Shown here in pieces: positions 19,591 through 30,400 of a DNA stretch of 38,470 nt. Below the pieces are notes generated by a model. The model ran no database searches. It was given only the letters and a program-made list of their open reading frames with translations, and was not told the DNA's origin. Origin of the DNA: Macrostomum lignano (Eukaryota). Within the stretch, counting starts at the first letter, position 1; every line of letters starts with the position of its first letter. The DNA is taken from assembly GCA_002269645.1 (NCBI GenBank), contig NIVC01002071.1, positions 1-38,470 of the forward strand, given 5' to 3'. The position numbers and the translations under genes were made by a program.

Positions 19591-19726
19591 AAAGGGGGTG
19601 AACACAATAGACTAGCATGAGACGCTCCTATTGGTTGCCAAAACCAAAACTTTTTTGGCAGAAATTTTGGTCGCAAGATTTGGCAGAAATTTTGGCAGCC
19701 AATAGCAATGTTCAGTGCTGCGGTTA
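19575..19726. repeat. Diverged direct copy of a TIR sub-region (CCAAT/TTGGCA cluster)
   Basis: gggtgaacacaa..ctcctattgg.tgccaaaaccaaa..ttttggcagaaattttgg..ggcagccaatag..gtgctgcggtta matches ~19955-20119. Confidence 0.85.
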
Positions 19727-19743
19727 TGTATAGTTAGTTTGGT

Positions 19744-20645
19744 GAGTTCCTGCGAGAGCCTATTTGACCATACGCTTCACTCAGTGTGGGTTTCGCACGA
19801 CGTTAAAGCTGAGTCACAATATAAAAATTGCTTTGAGGAGAATTTCTCCTGCTATTTGTTCCATTTTTAAGATACATAATTTAGAAAAGGGTTAGTGAAA
19901 TCGTCCGTAGGTAGGGTCGCGAGAGCATTGTTCGTTTGTAACTTGCGTGGCCCACTTCATGTCTTTTTTTACAGCTAGATAGAGGGTGAACACAAAAGAT
20001 TTGCACGAGCCACTCCTATTGGATGCCAAAACCAAACACTTTTTGGCAGAAATTTTGGCAAAAATTTTGGTTTTGGCAGAAATTTTGGCAGCCAATAGAA
20101 ATGTTGAGTGCTGCGGTTAGTGCTCTAGTAGTCGAGTATGCATGCCACGAAAAATTTAAATTAGCGCTCCATGTTCTTGAATGTCTTCTATTATCTTTAA
20201 GTACAAATCTAGAACAGCATTAAAGCCATTTCAAAGCCTCGGGACAAAGCGAATGTGCAGGAGCAAATTATTGACTTTTGTAAAAGCATTGTATGCCTCG
20301 AGTGGACAATTTTTATGCATAGATGGTAGCTGACTGATCGTTAAAAGCAAAGCTAGTAAGATTGGCTTATTGAAGGGCGTTATGCAATGGGAGAAAAGAC
20401 TATTATTAAATTTGATGCTAGTTTTGAAATGATGAAACCTGAAAATAGGTTATTTTAACCCACGAATCAAAAATTTCTTGTGGTTTTACTCACGAAATCG
20501 CGCAAAAAGCAATTTTTCGAAACTTTTGAAAAATCACTAAAATCACTGTTTTCAGACAATTTTCACCTGTTTTTAGTCGATTTTTATCTGTTTTTTGTGA
20601 TTTTTCAAAATGGGTTGCGCTCAAACCTACTTTTCCTATACTACT
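19744..20645 (-). repeat. Right terminal inverted repeat (902 bp)
   Basis: Starts GAGTTCCTGCGA and ends CCTACTTTTCCTATACTACT; same length as the left TIR. Confidence 0.97.
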
Positions 20646-20900
20646 TGCGGCGCTAATATGAGTGCCTGCGGCGCCAATATGAGTGCCTGCGGCGCTAATA
20701 TGAGTGCCTGCGGCGCCAATATGAGTGCCTGCGGCGCTAATATGAGTGCCTGCGGCGCCAAAATGAGTGCCGATCCGGCCCCAATATGAGTGCCTGCGGC
20801 GCTAATATGAGTGCCTGCGGCGCTAATATGAGTGCCTGCGGCGCCAAAATGAGTGCCGATCCGGCCCCAATATGAGTGCCTGCGGCCCCAAAATGCGCAC
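20646..20900. repeat. 21-bp minisatellite x~12 (TGCGGCGCYAATATGAGTGCC) with two 23-bp variant units
   Basis: Begins at the first base after the right TIR. The pair gccaaaatgagtgcc + gatccggccccaatatgagtgcc occurs twice. Confidence 0.95.
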
Positions 20901-21557
20901 TGACAACACCGATTCTTAAAATATGTAGGAATTTAGTCATGTACATGTTGAATTCTTGGCTTTGTGGCCCCCACCATAAAATACATGGCGACGCCCCTGG
21001 TGCTGCATAAACAGTTTTCGTATCCTAATAGATGTACACTGTAGTCTAAGAATTTTACTGGGTATACCTGTATGATGAATACTGCCATATATGGACATTA
21101 AATGATTTCTAAATTCCACTTAGCTAACTCCAGGGTACAATTGCATATTGCCTAATTATGCAGTATAACAGACATGCATTGTTCTAAAGGTCCGGAAGTT
21201 CACTTAAAAAACCACTTCGACCGCGGTACTGAAAGTCACCTGTTGTCTGTGGTAGTTACCTACTAGCCTCCTAATAAATCCTCAAAATATGCCTCAACTC
21301 AACTGTTCCTAAAGCATGACGATAAAGCAATCTACTGTATAAACTTAAATATAAGTTTCAGATGACGCAATTGAAATAAGCGTCTTACTCGTAGCCACTT
21401 CAAGACGCCATAACGAAAACCGTCGAAGTCTCAAAGGAAAAGTATGCACTAAAGTTATGGCTGGGACACTTTGGGTGTGAAATCCTTACAAGATTATCGA
21501 TGGTGATATTCAATGCGGTGGGTCATCATTACAGTGTCGTTTGCGGCCGCACTGCAC

Positions 21558-22832
21558 TTATAGGCGACTCCGGCGGAGACCAAGAAGACGACTGGGGAGG
21601 TTGAGGTGGCGGCAGAGTCCCAGCACTGCATGCGGCATCCACTGCTGACGGCTGATCGAGGCATGCTTCCGAATGACGCTGAAATATGTCAGTCGGGGCA
21701 TCGGCGCTGGCAGCTGCGGCATCGACAGGCAGCAGAAACCTCCGATCAGCGGCCTCTGCCGCCCCGGCTTGCCGCGATGCGCTGGCATTTTTCTATCAGT
21801 CTTCGTTGCCATGACAACGGCAGTCCTTGCTACAAACGCGGCGGGTGGCTGGGCCCGACACAGGCAGGCCAACAGCAGCGGGTCGGCCGCGCAGCCAAGA
21901 CAAGCCAGCATTGTGAGCGCCTTGTACGCCGCTGGCTGGCTTTTGTAGTCGGCGTCAACGAGGGTCAGCGCGAACAGCGGGTACCAGAGCAGCACGAACA
22001 CTGCAGTGAGCGCCAGCAGGCTGTACATGCGGCTGATGGCGTACCTCTCGACCCTGTACAGCAGATCCGACTCTGTGCTGACGTCGCCGCCTGCTAGTCG
22101 ACGTGCTGTCTGCCTTAACTCGCTGTCGTTGCGCAACCGACTGTTTACAATGTCCGAGTGCAGCCGCCTGAGGTACATGGCGGTCAGGATCAAACCGGCT
22201 GTGACTACAAACACCCAGAGTGCGTGCAGCACATAGTTGCGCATCTCTCCGTAGCGAAAGGTGCAGTGCCCGATCTGCTCCATGTAGCTGGGATTGCCCG
22301 GCAGCAAGGCCACGCCAAGGTTAAGAATGAAGCTGGCAAACCAGACGGTGCCGATGCCAAACAGTACGCAGCAGCAATTGCCGCTGTCCCCCAGCCCAGT
22401 GGTCAGGTCGGTGAAGGCGTAGGACTCGCTCATCACCATGGCAAGCAGGTTGAAAGCTGAGCTGGTGGCGCACAGGATAAATGAGCCGCCGAGTAGGTTG
22501 CAGAACGGTGGCTCCCGGTTAGCCAGGATGCTGTTGGCGAACACGATGCAGTAGGCAGACCTGAGCAGGTCCAGCAGGCACTGGTGCAGCTGGAATGCGT
22601 TGCTGGTCCTGCGCAAGCGTCGCGATAGAAGTATGGCTGCCACCACGACCGAGTTCAGAACGATGCCCAGAAGGCCCACTATAATGAGGAGGCTGCACTG
22701 GGCATAGCGCCAGGCCTGATAGATTTCAGAGTTCCCGTGGTGACTGTGCATTTTCTCGAACGTAGATAGCTGGTTATTGACTGGAGGCAGTTGTTCCAGC
22801 GATGACTCGGTACTAGTGTAGCTCAAAGTCAT
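21558..22832 (-). CDS. Intronless class A (rhodopsin-like) GPCR, SREB (GPR27/85/173)-like
   Basis: Seven hydrophobic segments: TM1 GIVLN, TM2 LLDLLRSAYC (cf. SREB DILRSAIC), TM3 Cys in FCNLL, ECL2 HCTF, TM6 LWYP, TM7 ADPLL. Start uncertain (22832 or the downstream MHSHH). Confidence 0.85.
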   Translation of the reverse strand: MTLSYTSTESSLEQLPPVNNQLSTFEKMHSHHGNSEIYQAWRYAQCSLLIIVGLLGIVLNSVVVAAILLSRRLRRTSNAFQLHQCLLDLLRSAYCIVFANSILANREPPFCNLLGGSFILCATSSAFNLLAMVMSESYAFTDLTTGLGDSGNCCCVLFGIGTVWFASFILNLGVALLPGNPSYMEQIGHCTFRYGEMRNYVLHALWVFVVTAGLILTAMYLRRLHSDIVNSRLRNDSELRQTARRLAGGDVSTESDLLYRVERYAISRMYSLLALTAVFVLLWYPLFALTLVDADYKSQPAAYKALTMLACLGCAADPLLLACLCRAQPPAAFVARTAVVMATKTDRKMPAHRGKPGRQRPLIGGFCCLSMPQLPAPMPRLTYFSVIRKHASISRQQWMPHAVLGLCRHLNLPSRLLGLRRSRL

Positions 22833-24137
22833 ACTATAGCTAAAGGTTGTTTGCTGCAGTAGTTGATATCTGTGGGATCCAATTGTTGGTTTGTCGAAGT
22901 CCAAATACAAGCTACAAATTCTGTGCTAAAAGAACATCAGGTCACTTTCACAAGCTCGAAATTTTGTTGAAAACTCTTGTTGGTTACTTCCGCTATTTCA
23001 CAACAGAAACTAATTTGATGATTTGAAGTTGTGAGAGATTCTGTCTCTCACATGTGAAATATATGAAATAAACGCTCTCAAAAAGGGCAAACCCCTTCAG
23101 AATCTTTCCGTCCTGTGAACTGAATCTCCCCATCTAAACAAGCTGGAGGGTGTACGCAATCGAGAGTTCAGACTACCTTTCGGTGCTTCATTAAAAGAAA
23201 ACACAATCTCACAGCGATCTCGCCGTAGCACATCTCAAGAATTTCACCGTATTTATGTCAGCAATCTCTGCACGGGAAGTCTTTCCCATAGAACTCTCAC
23301 CGTATCTAATAACCACTCCGTCTATACGAGCTAGATCGACCGTGGATCGAGGTCTTACCGTAGATAATCTCGCCTTTTAAAATCCCACTGAGTTAAACTC
23401 CAATTTACCTGTCATTAAAAATTCTACTTTAAGTACCTATATGTAACTTTATTTACAAACAATACCATCTTATCAAAACTTACAAAAAGCGAGGCTATGA
23501 TTTTTGGTACCGACTGTGACAGTTGGCTTCCTTCGGTCTTTCCAGCTGACAACAAAATCGCATGTCGCTTGGTCAAACTTGCTAGCCGAGTATTGAATGT
23601 TTGCTCTCTCATTTATACATGTGCAAGTTGCCACAATGTTCATATTCTTGGGGAATAGGATGGAGGGCTAAGCAATCACCAACAACTCCTCGCTTGGTTT
23701 CTGTCTCTCCGACTGGCTCCCAGTGCAAAATCGAGCTAGTCAGCTTTCACTCAGGCTACAGAATTCTGCCACGAGGGGCTCAGAATCGACCGCTAATTAA
23801 CGGAAAGTCCTTTCGATCCCACAGTCTCAGATTCTCTCTCAGATTTTGCGAATCCCCGGCCCAAGGCTTTGAAATCCTCACCGCGGGTGGCGGAGAGATT
23901 ATTTTCTGCCTCATCGATAGTCGTCTTCTGTGGGAAATCTTCCCCTTTTCTGTTCTCCTGGAATTCAGTCGATTATTTCAATTAATTGCGCACGTCAATA
24001 TATGAGCTTCTGCCTACATATAATAGGTAATGCATGTATGGTTTGCTGCCCGTGACCTGCAGAAATCTATTCAACATTGCGTTGTCCTGTAGCACTATAT
24101 ACATGATGTAGTGGCCATTCGTATGCTTAGTAGTCCC

Positions 24138-24258
24138 CCATGGCTCGAATGTCAAAATGGCTTTGTTAAAACAAAACCCATGGACCTTTAATGGTAAAAT
24201 GGTTTTGTTAAAACGAAATCCATTGCTCGAATGTTAAATAGTTTTGTTAAAGCAAAAG
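24138..24258. repeat. Imperfect ~41-bp tandem repeat x3
   Basis: Recurrent ccatg/ccattg..aatg..aaatggttttgttaaaac.aaa core. Confidence 0.6.
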
Positions 24259-25588
24259 TTAGTCTGAATCCTTGAAAATGATTCTCTATCGAAGTACATG
24301 TAGGTTTTAAATTACTATACTTGTAGAAATTCCTTAATATATACAATTAATTTGAGAAAACAACATTACAGAAACAGCTTTTTTAATCAGAGCTTTTCCA
24401 TTTAGCTAAGCTCGTACGGTACAAGTAGCCACTACACAGTAGGTGACTACACAGAACGGCATCGATAATTTCTTCGATTTTCAGTGAGACTGACGCATTT
24501 TAGACAACGCTACGCGGACTCTCAAGTGCGTTCAGACAACAATCAACTTCTGAAACACTGGCTGCAACGATCTGGAAGACCAAATTACACAAGGCTCCAA
24601 TCCCAGGCATGCATGAAAACTATTTAAAACGGGAAATCAGTATGTTTTCAAAGAATTTTAATTGTACTTTCCAGGAACTCCGAATTTTAAATGTAGTTAT
24701 ACTTCAATTAGAATAAAACACCCTTCAGTAGAGTAGACTTTTCTCTCTACTGAAAAAAGAAAAGTTAGAACGTAGACACGTCAATCAAAAAAGCCATTTT
24801 TTCATTTCAAACTCAGTCGGTATTTTATGACCGTACATTGGTTGTTGTGTTAATGACCCTAAAATGAAGTATTTTGTGGCCATAACAATGGTTGAAGTTC
24901 ATATCGATTAGCGTATAGCCAATAAATTGTATTGCATATAAAATTAGTTTCTAAATTTCAATGTCTCTCAAAACTAAATTTGAAAGTTAATTTAGAGTGA
25001 TTAATCAGGGAAGCCCTTGAATTCATTGCCTGTAACAATTGCTAAGCTCTGTACATAACACGAAATTTATCTAAACAAAAACAGTTCTAATGATTGGCAT
25101 AAAGGTGGAAGTAAAATGAGTTAATTACTTAAATTTCGCTTCTCGAAGCAAAACGAAATCTTATATAAATCATAACAATCTGATTAGTATACTACAAGTG
25201 TAATTCTAGACGTCTGTTTAAGCATATTGCTGACTGGCTGCAGTCTCCAGCTTTGTCTATAATAACAAATTCAACCGGTGCTGGGCTGCAGGACTCAATG
25301 AAATTATGAGTCGTGCTCGGCTTCGTTAGGAAGCTCCACAGAATTTGTACCCGAATATTTGACAATGCCTTCCTAAAAACAGAAATGATTATGAAGTTTT
25401 CATATCGAATAGCGCTTGCTTAGTGTTCAAAATACATGGCAATTCTGCTCTCATTCAAGGGTTAAAACATGATCAATCCATTACATCATTGCTGGGTATC
25501 TATAAAGGTATCTATATTATATTATTATATATTATTACTATTATAATACTATTTTTATATTGGTAAATCTTATAGATACGTATCTATA

Positions 25589-27333
25589 CCGGGTACGCAA
25601 AAAGTATCCGGACACTTGCATGTGTTGCAGAGAAGGACAGATAAATATGCACGTGTTGTACCCAAAATCAATGAATTTTCACATCGCAATTTAATGCAAC
25701 AAATTGTCGTAGCTCGTTTTTCAGCAAAGTGGCCAATGCAACAGGTCGGTCTATTTTCACCTGGAAAGGTGATAATGGCTTAATTAAAGGTAGATGACGT
25801 AAATCGCGAAATTTCAAGCTCGTGTTCGATTTAACAACGTAAAAACGATTTTTTTCTAAAATGCGAACAAGAGAAACGTAACGCGGGCATTGAGCAACAA
25901 AAGTGAAACTTAATTTAAAGAAGCGGTCGCTTTTTCTAACAGAGTTCAAGATCGTCAGACTTCCTCGAATCAATCACCTGGCCCACTTGCTGAAATGTGC
26001 TGCTCAAATGGTTCCAACAAGCGGCTCTGCATGCCAGACTCGATTTAATCCACGATTGGAGAACCTCCTTGGGCAATCACCTTCTCAAGACGACCACGAA
26101 ACGCTTTGCAGCATCTCACCAGATATTCCGGAGTCAGCTCTGATTCCCAAGCCTCATGAATGGCAGATCTCAGCGAGTCCAGGGACGTGTGGAAGCTTCT
26201 GCAGGCCCGCTTGTCAACCTGGTTCCAGATCGAAAAATCCAGGGGATTTAGATCCGGTGAGTAGGCTGGCCAGTCCTCCTTCAGCCAGACGCGCTTGCGC
26301 CCGAAGTGAGCGCTGAGCCAGGCCTGCACGTCATTGCGAGTGTGTGCTGGAGCAGAGTCCTGCTGGAAGCGAAAGTTCCAGCCATCTGCAAAACTGCCAT
26401 CCGGCCGCACCCTGTCAGGATAGTTACTGCGAATCCAGTGCAGCACTTTCTGGAGCACATCAAGGTACCCGTCTCCATTCAGTCGGTACCCCTTGTCAAA
26501 AAATATTGGCTGCATTTTCTTGCCATCAGAAGCGACGAGGCCGAAGACCATGATGGTTGCCGGGTGCTTAATCTGTGGCGAGTTGAAGGCGTCCCGCTCC
26601 TCACTGCTCCTGGCCAGCACGCGCGAAGAGCTGCGATTCCGGTAGGGTGTCTGCGTGAAGTTCTTTTCATCCGTGAAGAAGATGACTTCAACTCCGGGAG
26701 AGGCCTTGAGGTCATTCAGGAGCCTCCGTGACCGTTGAACCCGAAGCCCCAGCTGATCCGCGTTCAGCATGGGGATCTCCCTCTGCACGAAGCTCCTGAC
26801 GCCCATCTCCCGAAATGCATTGCGGACATTGCTCTCATGCACTCCTTCCTCTCGGGCAATTTGCCTCATCGTCTTCGTTGGGTCTTCTGCCCGCTTGGCT
26901 TCGAGGTTGGCCATGAAGTCTGGTGTCCGGACTGTCCGCGGCCGTCCCGATTTCTCCTTCGGTTCCAGGCTGTCGCCAGAATCCAGCAGCTTCTTCCAAT
27001 CACCGACGGTGCTCTTCCCTACTGAGTACTTCTCAGCACACATTCGCACGCTCATTCCAGAAGTCAAGTCGGTAGCGACACGCTTCTTGAGATCCAAGGA
27101 ATAGCTTGCCATTTTGTGACAACTTGGGATGGCAAATCCGCGGATTGAAAACGAAGCTTTCGAAATAAAAGGATGAACAGCATGAGTCCATTTTGCATAT
27201 CAGGGTTAAAATTCCAGGCAGAAGTTGGGCCATAGACATATTATACAAATGATGCTTTAAATTCCCGGAGTATGTCAAACTCTCGGAAAGCAAAGCCAAC
27301 AAGATTTTGTCCGGATACCTTTTGCGCACACGG
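25589..27333 (-). mobile_element. IS630/Tc1/mariner DNA transposon (maT-like), 1745 bp
   Basis: 26-bp TIRs CCGGGTACGCAAAAAGTATCCGGACA (25589-25614) and 27308-27333 match at 23/26. TA flanks both ends (25587-88, 27334-35). Confidence 0.93.
26045..27112 (-). CDS. Intact transposase (355 aa), maT-like with DD39D spacing
   Basis: N-terminal HTH, SGRPR linker, FTDEKNF, FQQDSAPAH and WPAYSPDLNPLDF. Confidence 0.95.
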   Translation of the reverse strand: MASYSLDLKKRVATDLTSGMSVRMCAEKYSVGKSTVGDWKKLLDSGDSLEPKEKSGRPRTVRTPDFMANLEAKRAEDPTKTMRQIAREEGVHESNVRNAFREMGVRSFVQREIPMLNADQLGLRVQRSRRLLNDLKASPGVEVIFFTDEKNFTQTPYRNRSSSRVLARSSEERDAFNSPQIKHPATIMVFGLVASDGKKMQPIFFDKGYRLNGDGYLDVLQKVLHWIRSNYPDRVRPDGSFADGWNFRFQQDSAPAHTRNDVQAWLSAHFGRKRVWLKEDWPAYSPDLNPLDFSIWNQVDKRACRSFHTSLDSLRSAIHEAWESELTPEYLVRCCKAFRGRLEKVIAQGGSPIVD

Positions 27334-27477
27334 TAAATATCTAAATTTACGTTTAAATATACCTTTAAACCATATTCGGGTCACTTTTTCGCTAATAGCA
27401 TTTTAGTTTTATGATTTTTTTCAGAGGAAACAATGCTTGTAACGTGAAAACTGAGATAGACCGACAGTTGCTGCAGG

Positions 27478-30400
27478 TCATATCGGTCGGAATGAATGCT
27501 GATAGTCTCTGTTTCCTGATCTCTGGACAATAAATTTGAGTATATTAATTTGAATTTATTTGACCAACAAACAGATCTGTTATGAAAGTAGAGTTCGGCG
27601 GCAAAACTCGACAGTGGCTACCGCAGATACTAAATTTTGTGTGGTTGAACTCTTATGGGATATCAAGTAACTTCTCAAGGTCTGCCTCACCTCGTCCAAA
27701 CGTCTGGAACCAGAAGTGAAACGGCTGATGAAGGGGTTTCGTCTGATATTCAATCCAAATTTGCGCTGAAGTGAATCAAGTTAGAGGGTTCCGCTCTGAG
27801 AAGTTTCGCCAGTAAAGCAACGTGTTTTTGTTTAAAATACGGTTTGGCAAACCTTTACGTACCTTATATATCACCACCGCCACAATAGCAGCCGAAACGA
27901 CGAGAAAAATGGCCGACAAAGTGCTCAGCGAAATTTTTAGGGCAGACGATTCGTTCGCGTCGACTGCAAAACGGTATTAAACTTTAAGGCTATACCACTG
28001 TACGACTTGACACACTTTTTATCATGAAAGCTACATGATAAATAATAATTACCACTCTGTTTAGCCAATGGAGAAACAGAAATGTTTTTTGGAGTTGTAT
28101 TCGCAATTGTTGTACTCCAACTTGTACTCGCACTTCCATTTGGAAATTCATTGACTCTTGTACTTTCAGTCTCACTTGCAATCGTACTCCTCACTGCCAG
28201 AGAAGATGTAGTAATCGGATCCGCACTGTATTCCCGCGTTGTGAAACGATCCAATGATGCTGGAAATGTGTATGTCGAAGCTTATGAAGATATTGTACGG
28301 TGCGAAGCCATTCTTTTGTTTTGTATGGTCTAGAAATATTGATAAGTTGTTTTTCAAAGAAAGGAGAATAATAGTTTATTTTCGCTTTTTATTGTGGATT
28401 AAAATGTAACTTCATTTGTTCGATCAATATGCTATCTGTTTTATTATTTCAAAAACGGTCACTCGCAGAGCTACAGCCACAGTGACCATATAACAATTAG
28501 ACTTACGCGAATCCCATTGGGCAAAGGCTTCGTATCGGAGTCGAAATCCTAACGCCCTTCCGGAGCCGTCGGTAGAGAAAATCACAGCCATAGTGCCGGA
28601 TGTTGCGCAAAATATCGTCGGTCTGTGATGCCCTGCCGACGCGGTCCCACCTTTCACAGCAGTTATCAGCGTGCCATTATTTCCGTGCAGCAGCGTCACA
28701 GTGTCGTTAGCGGACTGCAGGCTAGCGTAAGAGATCTGAGCGCATAATTTATAGCCTCGAGTTTTGGCAACTAGCAGCCATTCACAGAGCATGTTGTCCA
28801 GATAGGGCCTGACCCCAACTTCACTGTGGCTGAAGATCTCACCACTGTTACAATGCAGTACCTGGTAGCGCTGGCAAACTGAAATGCGTCGGGCGTATAG
28901 TTAGTACATATCTACTTTTTGCGTGTCCATGATGTGTACTCAGAGAATAAAGCAGTGTAATAAACATCAGGTAAAAAGGCATTCCAACTCACAACATCGT
29001 GTCGTGTCGAACCTCAATCGGAAACCCAGCGTATTTGAATGTGCTCTGGCCCTGAATTCCAATTGCAGCAAGTTGCCAGATGAAACCAAATCGGTGGAGG
29101 TGATATTTTTAGTACTATTAGGAGCTGCTCCGCCAATGAAAGCCAGCACTTTGGATGCATAGCTCCCATCGCTTACTCTAACATACGCTAGCAGGTCTTT
29201 CTCGCTCACGCCCATGTAGGTGAATCGCACAACGACCCTGTGACCTTTAGGCGCCACAACCTGCCACTCGCAGTTTGCCTGTATCGCGTAGATTTCTCTG
29301 CCGGCATTTGTGTGGCTGCAGATCTCTCCTTTCGACTCATTCCTAATTATGCGTACTCCGCTGCAGTCTGGGATTTGAATTTTTAGAACAATTATTTGCA
29401 CCTGTCATCGTCTTGTTGAACGCCTACAGTTTTGATATATTGTTCTACAATAACCCCTGAAAAAAACAAACAATACTCTCGTATATCTACGGCATTAAAA
29501 ATCAACCATGTGTCTTTTAGACGAAATTGAAAAATACTTATGGGTGTATCCACAAGTGGCAGTTATTTCAGTCAGTTTACTTTGTACAGGGCAAAGGGAA
29601 AAGTACATGTAAGCTAGATGCTCGTAATGCAATCTTTGAACGTCTGCTTGCTGCCAACTGCAGTTGATGTGGCTATGGTTGAATTTTTAGTACACTTCAG
29701 CGTTTGAACTCACGATCCCCAGCGTCCTGATATTGGTACTTCAGTCGGAAGCCCAGCGAAGAGGTGTGGCTGGCGCCAAAGCTACTCCCAGTGAGATAGG
29801 ACACGAACATGAAGTTTGAACTTGACTCTACAGTCCAGTCGGGGGCATTGTTTCCGCGACTCGACCTGAATATCAGCTGAGAAGGGTAATTGTCATGTAT
29901 TACTAACGAATCGGAGTCAGACTCCACGCTCAAGAAACTGAATCTGGCCTGAATTCGAGTTCCCTGTGGGGCCAAAATCTGCCACCTGCAGCGCATGTTG
30001 CTCAGGCAGCGCGACCGACCCGCACCGCTGTGGCTGACCAACTCGCCATTGCTTTCTGTTACCAGCTTGAATCCATGGCAGACTGGAATGAGTTCAGGAT
30101 ACGTACAATGTTTCAGCATATCCAATATTTTCATTTGTTGCTGAGGGACTTTACTCGGGTTGAACACACAAAAATTATAGCTATCCAACAATAACAATAG
30201 TCTTTACGTATGCGAGTAGCCACTTCCAATGACTCACAGCTCTCGGACCAAGTGTACTCCAGCTCAAATCCTAGCGCATGGAGAGGATGCTGCAAATTCC
30301 CGGAGGTAAAGCTGATCCGCATCCGATTCGAGCTCGTCCTGAAAATTCTGTTCGCCGAATTAATCGCTTCAGGTGAGAATCCGCCTCTCAGCAGCGCCAG

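Larger units (their letters stand above)
3251..20645. mobile_element. Maverick/Polinton (adintovirus-like) element, 17,395 bp, full length
   Basis: 902-bp TIRs starting AGTAGTATAGG. Contains pPolB, rve integrase, A32-like ATPase, major and minor capsid and adenain-like protease, the established Polinton core gene set. Confidence 0.97.

Noticed and set aside
20737-20946. ORF with ALILAPQ repeats
   Set aside because: Translation of the 21-bp satellite.
20988-21000. GGCGACGCCCCTG resembling a DNA-transposon/MITE terminus
   Set aside because: No matching inverted partner found in the window.
21606-22460. Plus-strand ORFs over the GPCR (likewise antisense ORFs over the transposase and the Gypsy fragment)
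   Set aside because: Shadow ORFs of GC-rich coding sequence.
22970-23960. Scattered GAGATT/AATCTC motifs and small hairpins upstream of the GPCR
   Set aside because: Could not define a unit, termini or TSD.
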